Source: Blastocatellia bacterium
GTDB taxonomy: Bacteria; Acidobacteriota; Blastocatellia; UBA7656
Direction of reading: 5' to 3'
Length of the DNA: 64,000 nucleotides
Assembly (NCBI GenBank): GCA_963765495.1
Contig: CAVXWP010000001.1
Coordinates: 736,001 to 800,000, forward strand
Below the pieces are notes generated by a model. It ran no database searches and was not told the DNA's origin. It worked only from the letters and a program-made list of their open reading frames with translations. A program made the translations under genes and the position numbers. The stretch's first letter is position 1, and each line of letters opens with the position of its first letter. Below are positions 21,045 to 32,680 of this stretch, in pieces.

Positions 21045-21513
21045 TCAATCAGAAGCCTGGCTTTGAAGGGGGATTCGCAGTGTCAGGGTCATCCCTTTCC
21101 CGCGAACCCCGATGATATTGATCTTGCCGCCTTTGAGATGAGCGCGTTCCCTCTTACCCAAAAGACCGAGCGAGCGCGACCCGATTATCTCATCTTCTTG
21201 AATACCTCTCCCGTTGTCCTTAATCTCTAAGACGAATTCTCTCACATCTTCTTCCATTATGATACTGACACTGGTTGCTCCGGGAAGAGAGGATATCTGT
21301 CAGGGGCTTCTTGAAAAATGCGGGAAAATGGCTGTTACGTGTTCCCGGCTCAAAGCAGAATTCGTTGCTTTCTAGTCCTTGTTTGAAGTATGGGATCAAG
21401 ATGTCGAGCAGGTTCTGCCGGGTCTCGAAGAAATGGCAGAAGTGCGTTCCCCAGGGTATGTCACCCAAAATGCTTATCCCTGTTTGCCTCAATTCCGTTA
21501 CCATCTCAACCAT
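21045..21513 (-). pseudogene. Internally deleted and frameshifted MEDS-domain, NarX/UhpB-type histidine kinase remnant
   Basis: MEDS start (TGISILGDIPWGTHFCHFFET...YFKQGLESNEFC) abuts a C-terminal HATPase fragment in another frame (LEIKDNGRGI...SLGLLGKRERA..GG). Confidence 0.8.
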
Positions 21514-21764
21514 CCCCTTTCACGCCCGGAGTGATTGCTCAGAATTTCAGCCTTAATATCTGAGCAATCAGCCCAGATCTAAAGAACAGTTCGCCAGATT
21601 TGTCAAATAAACTCGTGGGAAACCCAAACACCAATCATTATATACCCAATCGCGTGCAATCTTGAGGGCAATGTTGTAGCCTCAGACACGCAAATATTTT
21701 TCCATCAAGGGGGATGTGTGGCATACTTGAGCGGCCTTTTTATACCATCTTGCCACAATAAGAT

Positions 21765-22235
21765 ATGAGCAAGAAACCGACATCACAATGGCGCGATCAT
21801 GGAGTGAAAGTGATTCCGGGCGACCGCCTCGATTCAAATACTCCGCAAACGCCCGGCATGAAGCGCGAGGCAGCCGTCACGCACGCGAGGACCGGAGCCG
21901 CCTCCCTGTGGGCGGGCACGGTCATAATCGAACCCGACGCAAAGACGGGCGCGCACCATCACGGCGAACTTGAAAGCGTGATATATGTAGTCAGCGGACG
22001 GGCGCGCATGCGCTGGGGAGATAATCTCGAATTCACGGCCGAGGCCGGAGCGGGCGATTTTATCTTTGTTCCGCCCTTTGTGCCTCATCAAGAGATCAAT
22101 GCCGCAAGCGACGAAGCTCTCAGTTGCGTGCTGGTGCGAAGCGGACAGGACCCGGTGGTCGTCAATCTGGACATCGAGCCGGTAGAGAAACCGGAAGATG
22201 TCTACTGGGTTGACCCGATTCACCCGCATCCGTGA
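21765..22235 (+). CDS. Cupin domain protein
   Basis: TGAHHHGELESVIYVVSG...GDFIFVPPFVPHQE. Confidence 0.9.
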   Translation: MSKKPTSQWRDHGVKVIPGDRLDSNTPQTPGMKREAAVTHARTGAASLWAGTVIIEPDAKTGAHHHGELESVIYVVSGRARMRWGDNLEFTAEAGAGDFIFVPPFVPHQEINAASDEALSCVLVRSGQDPVVVNLDIEPVEKPEDVYWVDPIHPHP

Positions 22236-22282
22236 CAGACGGATGCGCATTCGATCTATATTTCGATCTGGAGGGAGTTACT

Positions 22283-25048
22283 ATGACGGCAAGATCCGTG
22301 CGATTATTATTCGCGCTCGTTTGTATGATGATGCTTTTATTGACCCGCGCGCCTCTTGCGTCCGCGACTCAGACAGAAGCAACAGTCACGGGGCTTCGGA
22401 CCGAGTACAAGGCGAACCCAATCGGGATTGACGCTCTGCGACCCCGCCTGAGCTGGCAAATTCAAGCGCCCGGGCGCGGGCGCTCGCAATCGGCCTATCA
22501 AATCCGCGTAGCGAAAAATGAACGCGATCTTCTGGCCGGAAAATCTCTGCTGTGGGATTCGGGCAAAGTGGTTTCGGATGAGTCGGTTCATCGCGTTTAT
22601 GAGGGGGCCGCGCTTGAATCGGGAGGGCGGTATTTCTGGCAGGTACGAGTCTGGGATGCAGGCGATAAGGCGACCGATTGGAGCGCGCCCGCCTTCTGGG
22701 AAATGGGGATGCTCAATTCCGGTGATTGGAAAGCCGCGTGGATCGAGCCTGACTTGCAGGAAGACGTTAAAGAATCGAACCCCGCCCCCATGCTGCGCCG
22801 CGAATTCAAACTGAACGGCCCGATTGCGCGCGCGCGCGCCTATGTGACCAGTCACGGGCTCTATGAACTGCATCTGAACGGCCAGCGCGTAGGCGATCAA
22901 CTCTTCACACCCGGCTGGACGAGTTACAACAAACGACTCCAGTACCAGACCTATGATGTGACGAACCTCTTGAAGAGCGGTGAAAATGCCGCAGGCGTGC
23001 TGCTCGGCGACGGCTGGTATCGCGGGAATCTTGCGTGGGGAGGCAGGCGCAACATCTACGGCGAGCGGCTCGCGCTCCTGCTCGAAATCCGTGTCACATA
23101 CAAAGACGGGCGTGAAGAGGTCATCACGACCGATCAGGGCTGGAAAGCGGCTACGGGCCCAATCCTGATGTCGGAAATTTATCACGGCGAAACCTATGAT
23201 GCTCGATTAGAGAAGGCCGGATGGACGAACGCCGGGTTTGCAGACGCGCAATGGAAGGGTGTGAAGATAGCCGATTATCCGAAAGATGATCTGGTTGCGC
23301 CCGCCGGTCCTCCCGTTCGGAGGATCAAAGAGATAAGGCCCGTCAAGATTTTCAAAACGCCCGAGGGCGACACCGTAGCCGATATGGGTCAGAACATGGT
23401 CGGCTGGATCAGGCTCAAGGTTCAGGGAGGGGCCGGCACGGTTGTCACGCTCCGGCACGCGGAGGTGCTCGACAAGGAGGGAAATTTCTACACGGAAAAT
23501 CTCCGCGCCGCAAAGGCGACCACCCGGTACACGCTCAAAGGCGGCGGGGTAGAGACATTCGAGCCTCATTTCACCTTCTTCGGCTTTCGCTATGTGGCCG
23601 TGAGCGGTTATCCCGGCGAACTCGCGCCGGACGATTTGACCGGAATAGTAGTTCATTCCGACATGCAGCCGACGAGCGAGTTTGAAACCTCAAACGGGCT
23701 TATCAATCAGCTTCAACACAATATTTTGTGGGGGCAGAAGGGCAACTTCCTCGATGTTCCTACCGATTGCCCGCAACGCGATGAGCGGCTGGGATGGACG
23801 GGCGACGCGCAGGTATTTGCGCGCACTGCCGCCTTCAACATGGATGTAGCCGGATTTTTTACCAAGTGGCTCAAAGATGTAGCCGCCGATCAATTTGACT
23901 CGGGCAGTGTTCCCTATGTCATACCAAACGTGCTTGGCAACACGGCGGGCGGTTCAGCCGCGTGGGCCGATGCGGCGGTCATAATTCCCTGGACGGTTTA
24001 TCTCAGCTACGGCGACAAGCGGATTCTGGAAGAGCAGTACGCGAGCATGCAAAAATGGGTCGAATACCAGAGAGTGCGCGCGGGCGAGGATTACATCTGG
24101 GACGGCGATTTTCATTTTGGGGACTGGCTGGCCTTTGCAACCACCTCGCCTGATTATCCGGGCGCGACCACGAGCAAAGACTTTATCGCCACGGCCTTTT
24201 ATGCTCACTCGACCGATCTGCTGCAAAGAATCGCTCGGGTTCTCGGCCATCAGGAGGACGCAAGGCGCTACGGCGAACAACTCGCCAAAATAAAGGCGGC
24301 GTTTCGCCGTGAGTATGTGACCGAGGCAGGGCGTGTAGGCGAAAATACGCAGACCGCCTACGCCGTGGCCCTGCAATTCGATCTGCTGCCGGATGAGTTG
24401 CGCCCGGTCGCTGCCCGAAGGCTTGCCGAAGAGATTCGTCAACGCAAGCATCTGACGACAGGCTTTGTAGGCACGCCTTACCTCTGCCACGTGCTCAGCC
24501 GTTACGGGTATCTGGAAGAGGCTTATATGTTGCTCAAACGCGAGCAGTATCCTTCGTGGCTTTATCCGGTCAAGCAGGGGGCGACGACCATCTGGGAGAG
24601 GTGGGACGGTCAGAAGCCCGACGGCACGTTTCAGGATAAGGGGATGAACTCGTTCAATCATTACGCCTACGGGGCCATAGGCGAATGGATGTATCGAGTA
24701 ATGGCCGGAATCGAGATAGATGAAAAGTCACCCGGGTACAAACATATTTTCATTCAACCTCTTCCGGGCGGCGGGTTCACAAGCGTCAGGGCGAGCCACG
24801 ATTCCCTGTACGGCAAAGTGAGTTCCGCCTGGACGATCAAAGACGGCAGGTTCGAACTCGCCGTCGAGATACCGGCAAATACGAGCGCAACCGTGCGGCT
24901 GCCAAAAGCGGAGCTTGCCACGGTCACCGAATCCGGGCATGCGCTTGCCGATGAAAACGGCGTAACGGCAAGCAGGCAGGAAGGCGATACGGTAATCGTT
25001 GAAATCGGGTCGGGGCGATACGTGTTTAGCTACGCTATGGGGAAATGA
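22283..25048 (+). CDS. Secreted alpha-L-rhamnosidase (GH78)
   Basis: Signal peptide; PTDCPQRDERLGWTGD, FGDWL, GATTIWERW, SFNHYAYG; GGAGGGAG RBS before the ATG at 22283. Confidence 0.95.
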   Translation: MTARSVRLLFALVCMMMLLLTRAPLASATQTEATVTGLRTEYKANPIGIDALRPRLSWQIQAPGRGRSQSAYQIRVAKNERDLLAGKSLLWDSGKVVSDESVHRVYEGAALESGGRYFWQVRVWDAGDKATDWSAPAFWEMGMLNSGDWKAAWIEPDLQEDVKESNPAPMLRREFKLNGPIARARAYVTSHGLYELHLNGQRVGDQLFTPGWTSYNKRLQYQTYDVTNLLKSGENAAGVLLGDGWYRGNLAWGGRRNIYGERLALLLEIRVTYKDGREEVITTDQGWKAATGPILMSEIYHGETYDARLEKAGWTNAGFADAQWKGVKIADYPKDDLVAPAGPPVRRIKEIRPVKIFKTPEGDTVADMGQNMVGWIRLKVQGGAGTVVTLRHAEVLDKEGNFYTENLRAAKATTRYTLKGGGVETFEPHFTFFGFRYVAVSGYPGELAPDDLTGIVVHSDMQPTSEFETSNGLINQLQHNILWGQKGNFLDVPTDCPQRDERLGWTGDAQVFARTAAFNMDVAGFFTKWLKDVAADQFDSGSVPYVIPNVLGNTAGGSAAWADAAVIIPWTVYLSYGDKRILEEQYASMQKWVEYQRVRAGEDYIWDGDFHFGDWLAFATTSPDYPGATTSKDFIATAFYAHSTDLLQRIARVLGHQEDARRYGEQLAKIKAAFRREYVTEAGRVGENTQTAYAVALQFDLLPDELRPVAARRLAEEIRQRKHLTTGFVGTPYLCHVLSRYGYLEEAYMLLKREQYPSWLYPVKQGATTIWERWDGQKPDGTFQDKGMNSFNHYAYGAIGEWMYRVMAGIEIDEKSPGYKHIFIQPLPGGGFTSVRASHDSLYGKVSSAWTIKDGRFELAVEIPANTSATVRLPKAELATVTESGHALADENGVTASRQEGDTVIVEIGSGRYVFSYAMGK

Positions 25049-25106
25049 TCGCGGGATGTCGGCGGCAATTAATGACAAAAGCATATTTGATTGAGAGGCA
25101 AATACG

Positions 25107-25199
25107 AATAGGCCACGGATGACGCGGATGCGACGGATTTTCGCGGATCTGACTCTTTATGAGCTAATCCGCGTCGATCCGTGTCATCCGTGGCCTATT
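25107..25199. repeat. Palindromic dispersed repeat (AATAGGCCACGGA family)
   Basis: 17-bp perfect inverted arms AATAGGCCACGGATGAC / GTCATCCGTGGCCTATT with internal CGCGGAT repeats. Confidence 0.8.
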
Positions 25200-25228
25200 T
25201 CTTCTTACGCTACTTTGGAAATCCTTAA

Positions 25229-27421
25229 ATGAAGAACGAGAACCCGGAATACAAGTTTGTAAAAAACCTCTGGCAGGATGAAGAGGCTGACCGTCTGAGT
25301 GGAGTAGATCGTCTGGTCTATCGCTCTAATAAACTCGGCGAGGATTTGACGCTTACAAACACGGGCGGCGGCAATACCTCTTCCAAGCTGATCGAGCAAG
25401 ACCCGCTCACCGGCGAAAGCGTCGAGGTGTTATGGATCAAAGGGTCGGGCGGCGATTTGCGCACAGCGCGTCCCGAGGGCTTTGCCTCGCTTTATCTCGA
25501 AAAGGTGCGGCGGATGAAATCGCTCTACCTCGGCAGCCCCGAGCGCGGGCCAAAGACCAGAATCGAAGACGAAATGTACCCGATGTATAGCCACTGCGTC
25601 TTCAATCTGAACCCGCGAGCCTGTTCTATTGATACGCCTTTGCACACGCTCGTTCCTTACCGCCACGTTGACCATCTGCATCCAAACGCGGTCATAGCAA
25701 TCGCCGCTTCGGTAAATCAGGAAAAGCTTTGCAAAGAGATTTACGGCGACGAAGTGATCTATATCCCGTGGCAGCGACCGGGCTTTGACATAGGCTTGAA
25801 GATCGAGCAGTTGATAAAAGAGAACCCGCAGGCCAGAGGCGTGCTGCTTGGCCATCACGGGATGAGTTCGTGGAACAACGATGACAAAACCTGCTACGAG
25901 ACGGCGCTTGAGATAATTGACCGCGCGGCTCGCTATATCGAAGAACGCGACCGGGGTGATGAGACCTTCGGCGGACAGAAATACAAACCGCTGGCCGAAT
26001 CCGAAAGAAGGAGGATCATCGCAGAGATCATTTCATTCTTGCGCGGGCAGGTATCGGTTTACAAAAGATTCGTGGGAACGGTTCAGGACGACGAGAAGAT
26101 GTTGCGCTTTGTAAATAGCCGCGATGCGATGCGTCTTGCCGCGCTCGGCACTTCGTGCCCCGATCATTTCCTGCGCACAAAGATCAAGCCGTTCTTCATA
26201 GACTGGAACCCCGAAAGCGGCGACATTGAATCGCTAAAAAAAGCGATCACCGACGGACTGCCTCCGTACCGCAGGGATTACAAGGATTACTATAATCGCT
26301 CGAAACACCCCGACTCGCCCGCGATGCGCGATCCCAATCCCACAGTGGTTCTGATACCGGGTCTCGGTATGATTGCCTGGGGCAAGAACAAAAGCGAGTC
26401 GCGTGTGACCGCTGAATTTTACAACTGCGCCATCGAAGTGATGCGCGGGGCCGAAGCGATAGACGAGTATGAGGCGATGGATCAACAGGAAGCCTTTGAC
26501 ATCGAATACTGGCCGCTTGAAGAGGCAAAGCTTAGAAGACAGCCGCCTGAAAAAGAGCTTGCCCGCCAGATCATCGTCATCATAGGCGCGGGCGCAGGCA
26601 TCGGGCGAGCAACGGCTCATCGTCTGGTAAAAGAAGGCGCGCACGTTGTATGCGTAGACCTTGACGGAGCCGGAGCGGAAAAGACGGCGGAAGAGATCAT
26701 CACCGAGTACGGCGAAGGCATCGGCGTGGCGGGCACAGGGATAAGCAATTGCGGCCCGGCCATCGGGCTTTCGTGCGACATCACAGATCGCCGGAGTGTC
26801 GCTCGAATGTTCGAAGATGTGATGCTTGCCTACGGCGGGTTGGACGCGGTGATAGTGACGGCTGGAATATTCGCCCCGCCCGATAAACGGGGCCGTGTCG
26901 AAGACCATCAGTGGGCGCACACCTTTGCCGTCAACGTCACGGGCGCTTATATCGTCGCCGACGAGGCGCGCAGGATTTTCGAGAAGCAGAATCTGCCCGG
27001 GGCTATAGCGCTTACTACAAGCGCAAATGCCGTCGTAGCCAAGAAGGGAAGCCTCGCTTATGACACGAGCAAAGCCGCGGCCAACCATCTGGTTCGGGAA
27101 CTTGCAATTGAGATGTCGCCGCTGGTCCGGGTAAACGCCGTGGCTCCGGCTACGGTAGTTCGAGGCAGCACGATGTTTCCGCGTGACCGCGTGATCGCCT
27201 CGCTCGCGAAATACGATATAGCTTTTAACGAGGAAGAAGAGACCGACGCTTTAAGAGAGAAGCTTGCGGCATTTTATGCCCGGCGTTCGTTGACACAGAC
27301 TCCTATCGAACCCGAAGATCAGGCCGAGGCTATATTCCTGCTCGTGTCGAAGCGGTTGTCGAAGACTACGGGTCACATCATTCCCGTAGACGGCGGGCTA
27401 CAGGATGGGTTTTTAAGATAG
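25229..27421 (+). CDS. rhaD: Bifunctional rhamnulose-1-phosphate aldolase / short-chain dehydrogenase (RhaEW-type)
   Basis: GGGNTSSK, KGSGGDL, SIDTPLH, DHLHP, PDHFLRTK, EYWPLEEAKL; SDR motifs GAGAGIG and YDTSK. Confidence 0.93.
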   Translation: MKNENPEYKFVKNLWQDEEADRLSGVDRLVYRSNKLGEDLTLTNTGGGNTSSKLIEQDPLTGESVEVLWIKGSGGDLRTARPEGFASLYLEKVRRMKSLYLGSPERGPKTRIEDEMYPMYSHCVFNLNPRACSIDTPLHTLVPYRHVDHLHPNAVIAIAASVNQEKLCKEIYGDEVIYIPWQRPGFDIGLKIEQLIKENPQARGVLLGHHGMSSWNNDDKTCYETALEIIDRAARYIEERDRGDETFGGQKYKPLAESERRRIIAEIISFLRGQVSVYKRFVGTVQDDEKMLRFVNSRDAMRLAALGTSCPDHFLRTKIKPFFIDWNPESGDIESLKKAITDGLPPYRRDYKDYYNRSKHPDSPAMRDPNPTVVLIPGLGMIAWGKNKSESRVTAEFYNCAIEVMRGAEAIDEYEAMDQQEAFDIEYWPLEEAKLRRQPPEKELARQIIVIIGAGAGIGRATAHRLVKEGAHVVCVDLDGAGAEKTAEEIITEYGEGIGVAGTGISNCGPAIGLSCDITDRRSVARMFEDVMLAYGGLDAVIVTAGIFAPPDKRGRVEDHQWAHTFAVNVTGAYIVADEARRIFEKQNLPGAIALTTSANAVVAKKGSLAYDTSKAAANHLVRELAIEMSPLVRVNAVAPATVVRGSTMFPRDRVIASLAKYDIAFNEEEETDALREKLAAFYARRSLTQTPIEPEDQAEAIFLLVSKRLSKTTGHIIPVDGGLQDGFLR

Positions 27422-27442
27422 GATAGATGCGGAGAGATTGTC

Positions 27443-28741
<1,299 letters not shown>

Positions 28742-28743
28742 TT

Positions 28744-28771
28744 GGGGGCCGGGGGCCGGGGGCCGGGGGCC
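28744..28771. repeat. G-rich (GGGGCCG)n short tandem repeat
   Basis: gggggccgggggccggggggccgggggc, with partial complement ccccggcccc near 28836. Confidence 0.7.
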
Positions 28772-28852
28772 AGGGTTCTCTGGGATGAGAAGCGCTATTA
28801 AATTTCAACTCGCGGTATGTACTCCACAACCTGTTCCCCGGCCCCTACTCTT

Positions 28853-30340
28853 ATGAAAGATTCGCTTTACATCGCGGTTGATCTCGGCGCAGGGAGTGGA
28901 CGTGTCTTTCTGGGCGGGGTCGAGGAGGGTGAGTTTCTGCTTGAGGAGGTGCGCCGGTTTTACTATCCGGCAAGGCATTTGGCCGGGCATCTTCGATGGA
29001 ATCTGAGCCGGATACTCGACGAGATAAAGACGGGTTTGCGCGAAGCGGGCGAACGGGCGCGGCGGCTCGGTCGGTTTATTCTGAGCATAGGGGTTGATAG
29101 CTGGGGCGTTGATTACGGGCTAGTTGACGACGCGGGCCGCCTCATCGAAGACCCCGTCTGTTACAGAGACGAGCGGACACAGAAGGTCGCGGAGAAGGTC
29201 TTTGCAATTATGGGCCGCGAGGAAATCTTTAACCGCACCGGCATTCAGTTTTTAAACTTCAACACGCTGTTTCAACTCTACGCCCACGCGCAAGATGAAA
29301 TCCCTCCGGCTGCCGCGAGGCTGCTTTTGATCCCCGATCTGATCAACTTCTTTCTCACCGGGCGAGCCGCTACCGAGTACACGAACGCCACTACGACGCA
29401 GATGATCAATGCCCGGACGGGGACGTGGGATCGCGAAATGCTCGAACGCCTGGGCTTGCCCACAGGGTTAATGACAGAGATAGTTTCTGCGGGCACATAT
29501 CTCGGGCCGCTTGAGCCTGCGCTTGCTCGTGAGCTTTGCCTCGACGGCGCGCAGGTAGTGGCTACGGCTACGCACGATACGGCGAGCGCAGTCGCGGGCG
29601 CGCCGCTCGAAGCCGGGTGGGCTTATATATCTTCCGGGACGTGGTCTCTGATAGGTGTGGAGCGCGAGAGCGCGCTCATCAACTCCGATGTAGCGCGTCA
29701 CAACTTCACCAATGAAGGCGGCGTGTTTGGAGGGTTCCGCTTTCTCAAGAATGTCTGCGGGCTGTGGATTCTTGAATCCTGTCGAAAGGAGTGGGAAACG
29801 CGCGGCCTCGATGTAGACTATGACATGCTCTTGAAACAGATCGAGACAAAAGGTGATTCTGTGGGCTTGATTTATCCCGATGATCCGCGTTTCTTCAATC
29901 CGCCGAGTATGCTTCGGGCGATAGCCGCACATCTTGGCGAAAGCGATCAACCTGTCCCCACGGAGCCGCCCTCGGTCGCCAGAATGATTCTCGATTCGCT
30001 CGCTTTGCGATACGGGTCCGTGCTTCGCGCTGTCGAATCGCTTACGAAAGAAAAGATCGCCGGAGTTCATATAGTCGGCGGGGGCAGTCGGAACGATTAT
30101 CTGAATCAGGCAACCGCAGATGTCACCGGGCTGCCGGTGCTGGCCGGGCCGGTGGAAGCAACCGTCACGGGTAATCTGCTGGTTCAGGCCATTGCCTCGG
30201 GCCGCTTTCGATCACTCCGAGAGGCGCGGCGGCATGTGGCTGAAAACATCCGGCTCAGAAAATTCATGCCGCACCCTTCAATCGAATGGCAGGAAACCAT
30301 CCGGCGATACGCAGGTCTCGAAGCGCGCTACGGGAATTGA
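28853..30340 (+). CDS. rhaB: Rhamnulokinase (FGGY family)
   Basis: AVDLGAGSGRV, IGVDSWGVDY, YRDERT, HDTASAV, ISSGTWSLIG, NFTNEGG, VGGGS. Confidence 0.93.
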   Translation: MKDSLYIAVDLGAGSGRVFLGGVEEGEFLLEEVRRFYYPARHLAGHLRWNLSRILDEIKTGLREAGERARRLGRFILSIGVDSWGVDYGLVDDAGRLIEDPVCYRDERTQKVAEKVFAIMGREEIFNRTGIQFLNFNTLFQLYAHAQDEIPPAAARLLLIPDLINFFLTGRAATEYTNATTTQMINARTGTWDREMLERLGLPTGLMTEIVSAGTYLGPLEPALARELCLDGAQVVATATHDTASAVAGAPLEAGWAYISSGTWSLIGVERESALINSDVARHNFTNEGGVFGGFRFLKNVCGLWILESCRKEWETRGLDVDYDMLLKQIETKGDSVGLIYPDDPRFFNPPSMLRAIAAHLGESDQPVPTEPPSVARMILDSLALRYGSVLRAVESLTKEKIAGVHIVGGGSRNDYLNQATADVTGLPVLAGPVEATVTGNLLVQAIASGRFRSLREARRHVAENIRLRKFMPHPSIEWQETIRRYAGLEARYGN

Positions 30341-30350
30341 CGCGAAATCT

Positions 30351-31079
30351 ATGCGAGTATCTCTATTCATCACATGCCTGATTGACCAGTTGTGGCCGGA
30401 GATAGGCACGTGCGCGGTCGAGGTATTGAGACGCGCCGGATGCGAGGTTGTCTTTGATCGCAGGCAAACCTGTTGTGGTCAGCCTGCATTCAACACTGGT
30501 TACAGAAGCGAGGCGCGAAAGCTTGCCCGCCGATTTATTGAAATCTTTGAAGAGGCCGACGCGGAGTCAATCGTCTGCCCGTCAGGTTCGTGCGCGGCGA
30601 TGGCGCATCACTTTGAGGAACTCTTTCCAGATGACCAGGAATGGCGCAATCGCGCGCGGGCACTTGCGGAGCGCACTCACGAATTCGGTTCCTTTTTAGT
30701 CAACGTGCTTGGCATCGAAGATGTCGGGGCAAGCTTTCGCGGGCGTGTGACGTGGCACGATGCCTGTCACGGCTTGCGCGATCTGAATATTCACAGCGAG
30801 CCGCGCCGTCTGATTCAGAACGTGCGCGGGGTGGAATTTGTCGAGATGGCGAATGCGGATGCCTGCTGCGGCTTCGGTGGAACTTTTTCTGTGAAGTACC
30901 CGGAGATTTCCGTCGCCATCCTCGATACTAAGATTGATTCAATCGAGAAGACGGGAGTAAGAGCCGTAATCTCAGGCGATGCGAGTTGCTTGATGCAGAT
31001 CGGCGGTCGCCTGACCCGAAAGAAATCTCAGGTCAGGGTAATGCACCTGGCCGAATTGCTCGCTTCACGGGAAGAATAG
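30351..31079 (+). CDS. lutA: L-lactate dehydrogenase complex subunit LutA/LldE (CCG domains)
   Basis: MRVSLFITC, QTCCGQP, PSGSC, HDACH, CCGFGGTFSVK, DASCLMQI. Confidence 0.9.
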   Translation: MRVSLFITCLIDQLWPEIGTCAVEVLRRAGCEVVFDRRQTCCGQPAFNTGYRSEARKLARRFIEIFEEADAESIVCPSGSCAAMAHHFEELFPDDQEWRNRARALAERTHEFGSFLVNVLGIEDVGASFRGRVTWHDACHGLRDLNIHSEPRRLIQNVRGVEFVEMANADACCGFGGTFSVKYPEISVAILDTKIDSIEKTGVRAVISGDASCLMQIGGRLTRKKSQVRVMHLAELLASREE

Positions 31080-31081
31080 TA

Positions 31082-31207
31082 TGCAGTAGGCAGTTCGGAA
31101 TAACCCGACAAATTGCGCTAAAGCGAGCAAGCCAGAGGCAGGGAGCCGGGTATTGATATGAATAGTTGGTTCCCGGCTCCGAACTGCCTACTGCCTACTG
31201 CCTACTG
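31082..31207. repeat. Inverted pair of (GTAGGCA)/(TGCCTAC) heptamer arrays
   Basis: gcagtaggcagt ... actgcctactgcctactgcctactg, with an internal GGAGCCGGG/CCCGGCTCC stem. Confidence 0.7.
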
Positions 31208-31210
31208 AAT

Positions 31211-32680
31211 ATGGAACATCAAACATCAGAAACCTTCGATCAGAATGCGCGCCGGGCGCTCAAGGATGACCAACTGCGCGGCGCGTTGCGTAATCTTGTT
31301 TCTACGTTTGGAGAACGCCGAAAAGCGGCTATCTCGACCGTTGATGACTGGGAGGGTTTGCGCGAACGCGCCCGCGCCATCAAAGATGAAACTCTTGCTC
31401 ATCTGGATCATTACCTTGAAACCTTCGCCGACAATGCGGAGCAAGCCGGAGCACAGATTCACTGGGCGCGCGACGGGGCCGAAGCGTGCCGGATCGTCAT
31501 AGGCTTGCTCAAAGAGCGCAACGCTACGCGCATAGTCAAATCCAAAAGCATGGCGACCGAAGAGATTCATCTAAACGCCGCGCTCGAAGCCGAGGGGCTT
31601 GCCCCGGTAGAGACCGACCTCGGCGAATGGATTATTCAACTCGCCGGGGAAACGCCGTCTCATATCGTAGTTCCGGCCATTCATAAATCGAAAAAACAGA
31701 TCGCCGAGTTGTTTGTTGAAAAGGTGGGAATCGCTCCTACCGATGACGTGGCGGAATTGACCGGCGCGGCGCGGCGCACCTTGCGCCGTCGTTTCGCCGA
31801 AGCCGATGTGGGCATCAGCGGGGTCAACTTTGGCGTAGCCGAGACGGGAACCATTCTGATTCTTGAGAATGAGGGAAATATTCGCCTGACTACGAGTTTG
31901 CCAAAAACTCATATCGCGCTCATGGGGATTGAAAAAGTGATTCCGCGTTTTGCTGATCTCGACGTGTTTTTGAAACTGCTGCCGCGCTCGGGGACCGGGC
32001 AGCAATTGACGACCTATCAATCACTGATCACGGGAACTAAGAGAGCCCCCGACGAAGAAGGCCCGCAGGAGGTCCATATAATCCTGATGGACAACGGGCG
32101 TTCGCGGATGCTCTCACATCCGGTGACGCGACAATCGCTTGCCTGCATACGCTGCGGCGCGTGTCTGAATGCCTGCCCCGTCTATCAGCAAATCGGCGGG
32201 CACGCCTACGGCTCCGTCTACCCCGGCCCGATAGGCGCGGTCATCACGCCGCAGTTGATCGGGATAGGAAAGGCCGCGCAGTTGCCTTTTGCATCGAGCC
32301 TGTGCGGCGCTTGCCGTGATGTCTGTCCGGTTAAGATAGACATACCCGAACTGCTGCTGCATCTGCGGGCGGAGGTGGTTGAAGCAGCGAGCGGCACGAC
32401 GGGCCGGAAAGGGCCGGTGAAAGGGAAACTGATCGAACGGCTCGCGTTTCGCTTGTACGCCTTTGCGTGGTCCAGCCCTGCATTGTATGAATGGAGCCTG
32501 CGCGTCGGGCGACTGCTCACCCGTCGGGCAGCGCGTGAAGGGCGCATCGGCAAAATCGGCGGCGTGGTTGCGAAGCTTGTGCCGCCACTTGGCGCATGGA
32601 CCGCCTGGCGCGATCTGCGTCAGGTTGCGCCGCGCTCTTTCCGTGATGAGTGGCGCGATAATTTAGCCGGTAAAAAATGA
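31211..32680 (+). CDS. lutB: L-lactate oxidation iron-sulfur protein LutB/LldF
   Basis: KSKSMATEE, ETDLGEW, PSHIVVPAIH, ENEGN, CIRCGACLNACPVY, SSLCGACRDVCPVKI. Confidence 0.93.
   Translation: MEHQTSETFDQNARRALKDDQLRGALRNLVSTFGERRKAAISTVDDWEGLRERARAIKDETLAHLDHYLETFADNAEQAGAQIHWARDGAEACRIVIGLLKERNATRIVKSKSMATEEIHLNAALEAEGLAPVETDLGEWIIQLAGETPSHIVVPAIHKSKKQIAELFVEKVGIAPTDDVAELTGAARRTLRRRFAEADVGISGVNFGVAETGTILILENEGNIRLTTSLPKTHIALMGIEKVIPRFADLDVFLKLLPRSGTGQQLTTYQSLITGTKRAPDEEGPQEVHIILMDNGRSRMLSHPVTRQSLACIRCGACLNACPVYQQIGGHAYGSVYPGPIGAVITPQLIGIGKAAQLPFASSLCGACRDVCPVKIDIPELLLHLRAEVVEAASGTTGRKGPVKGKLIERLAFRLYAFAWSSPALYEWSLRVGRLLTRRAAREGRIGKIGGVVAKLVPPLGAWTAWRDLRQVAPRSFRDEWRDNLAGKK

Noticed and set aside
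30120-31210. N-terminal extensions of lutA and lutB in the ORF track (also purQ, nrdJ, the TonB receptor and M28)
   Set aside because: They overlap upstream genes or repeats; family N-termini and RBS positions support later starts.
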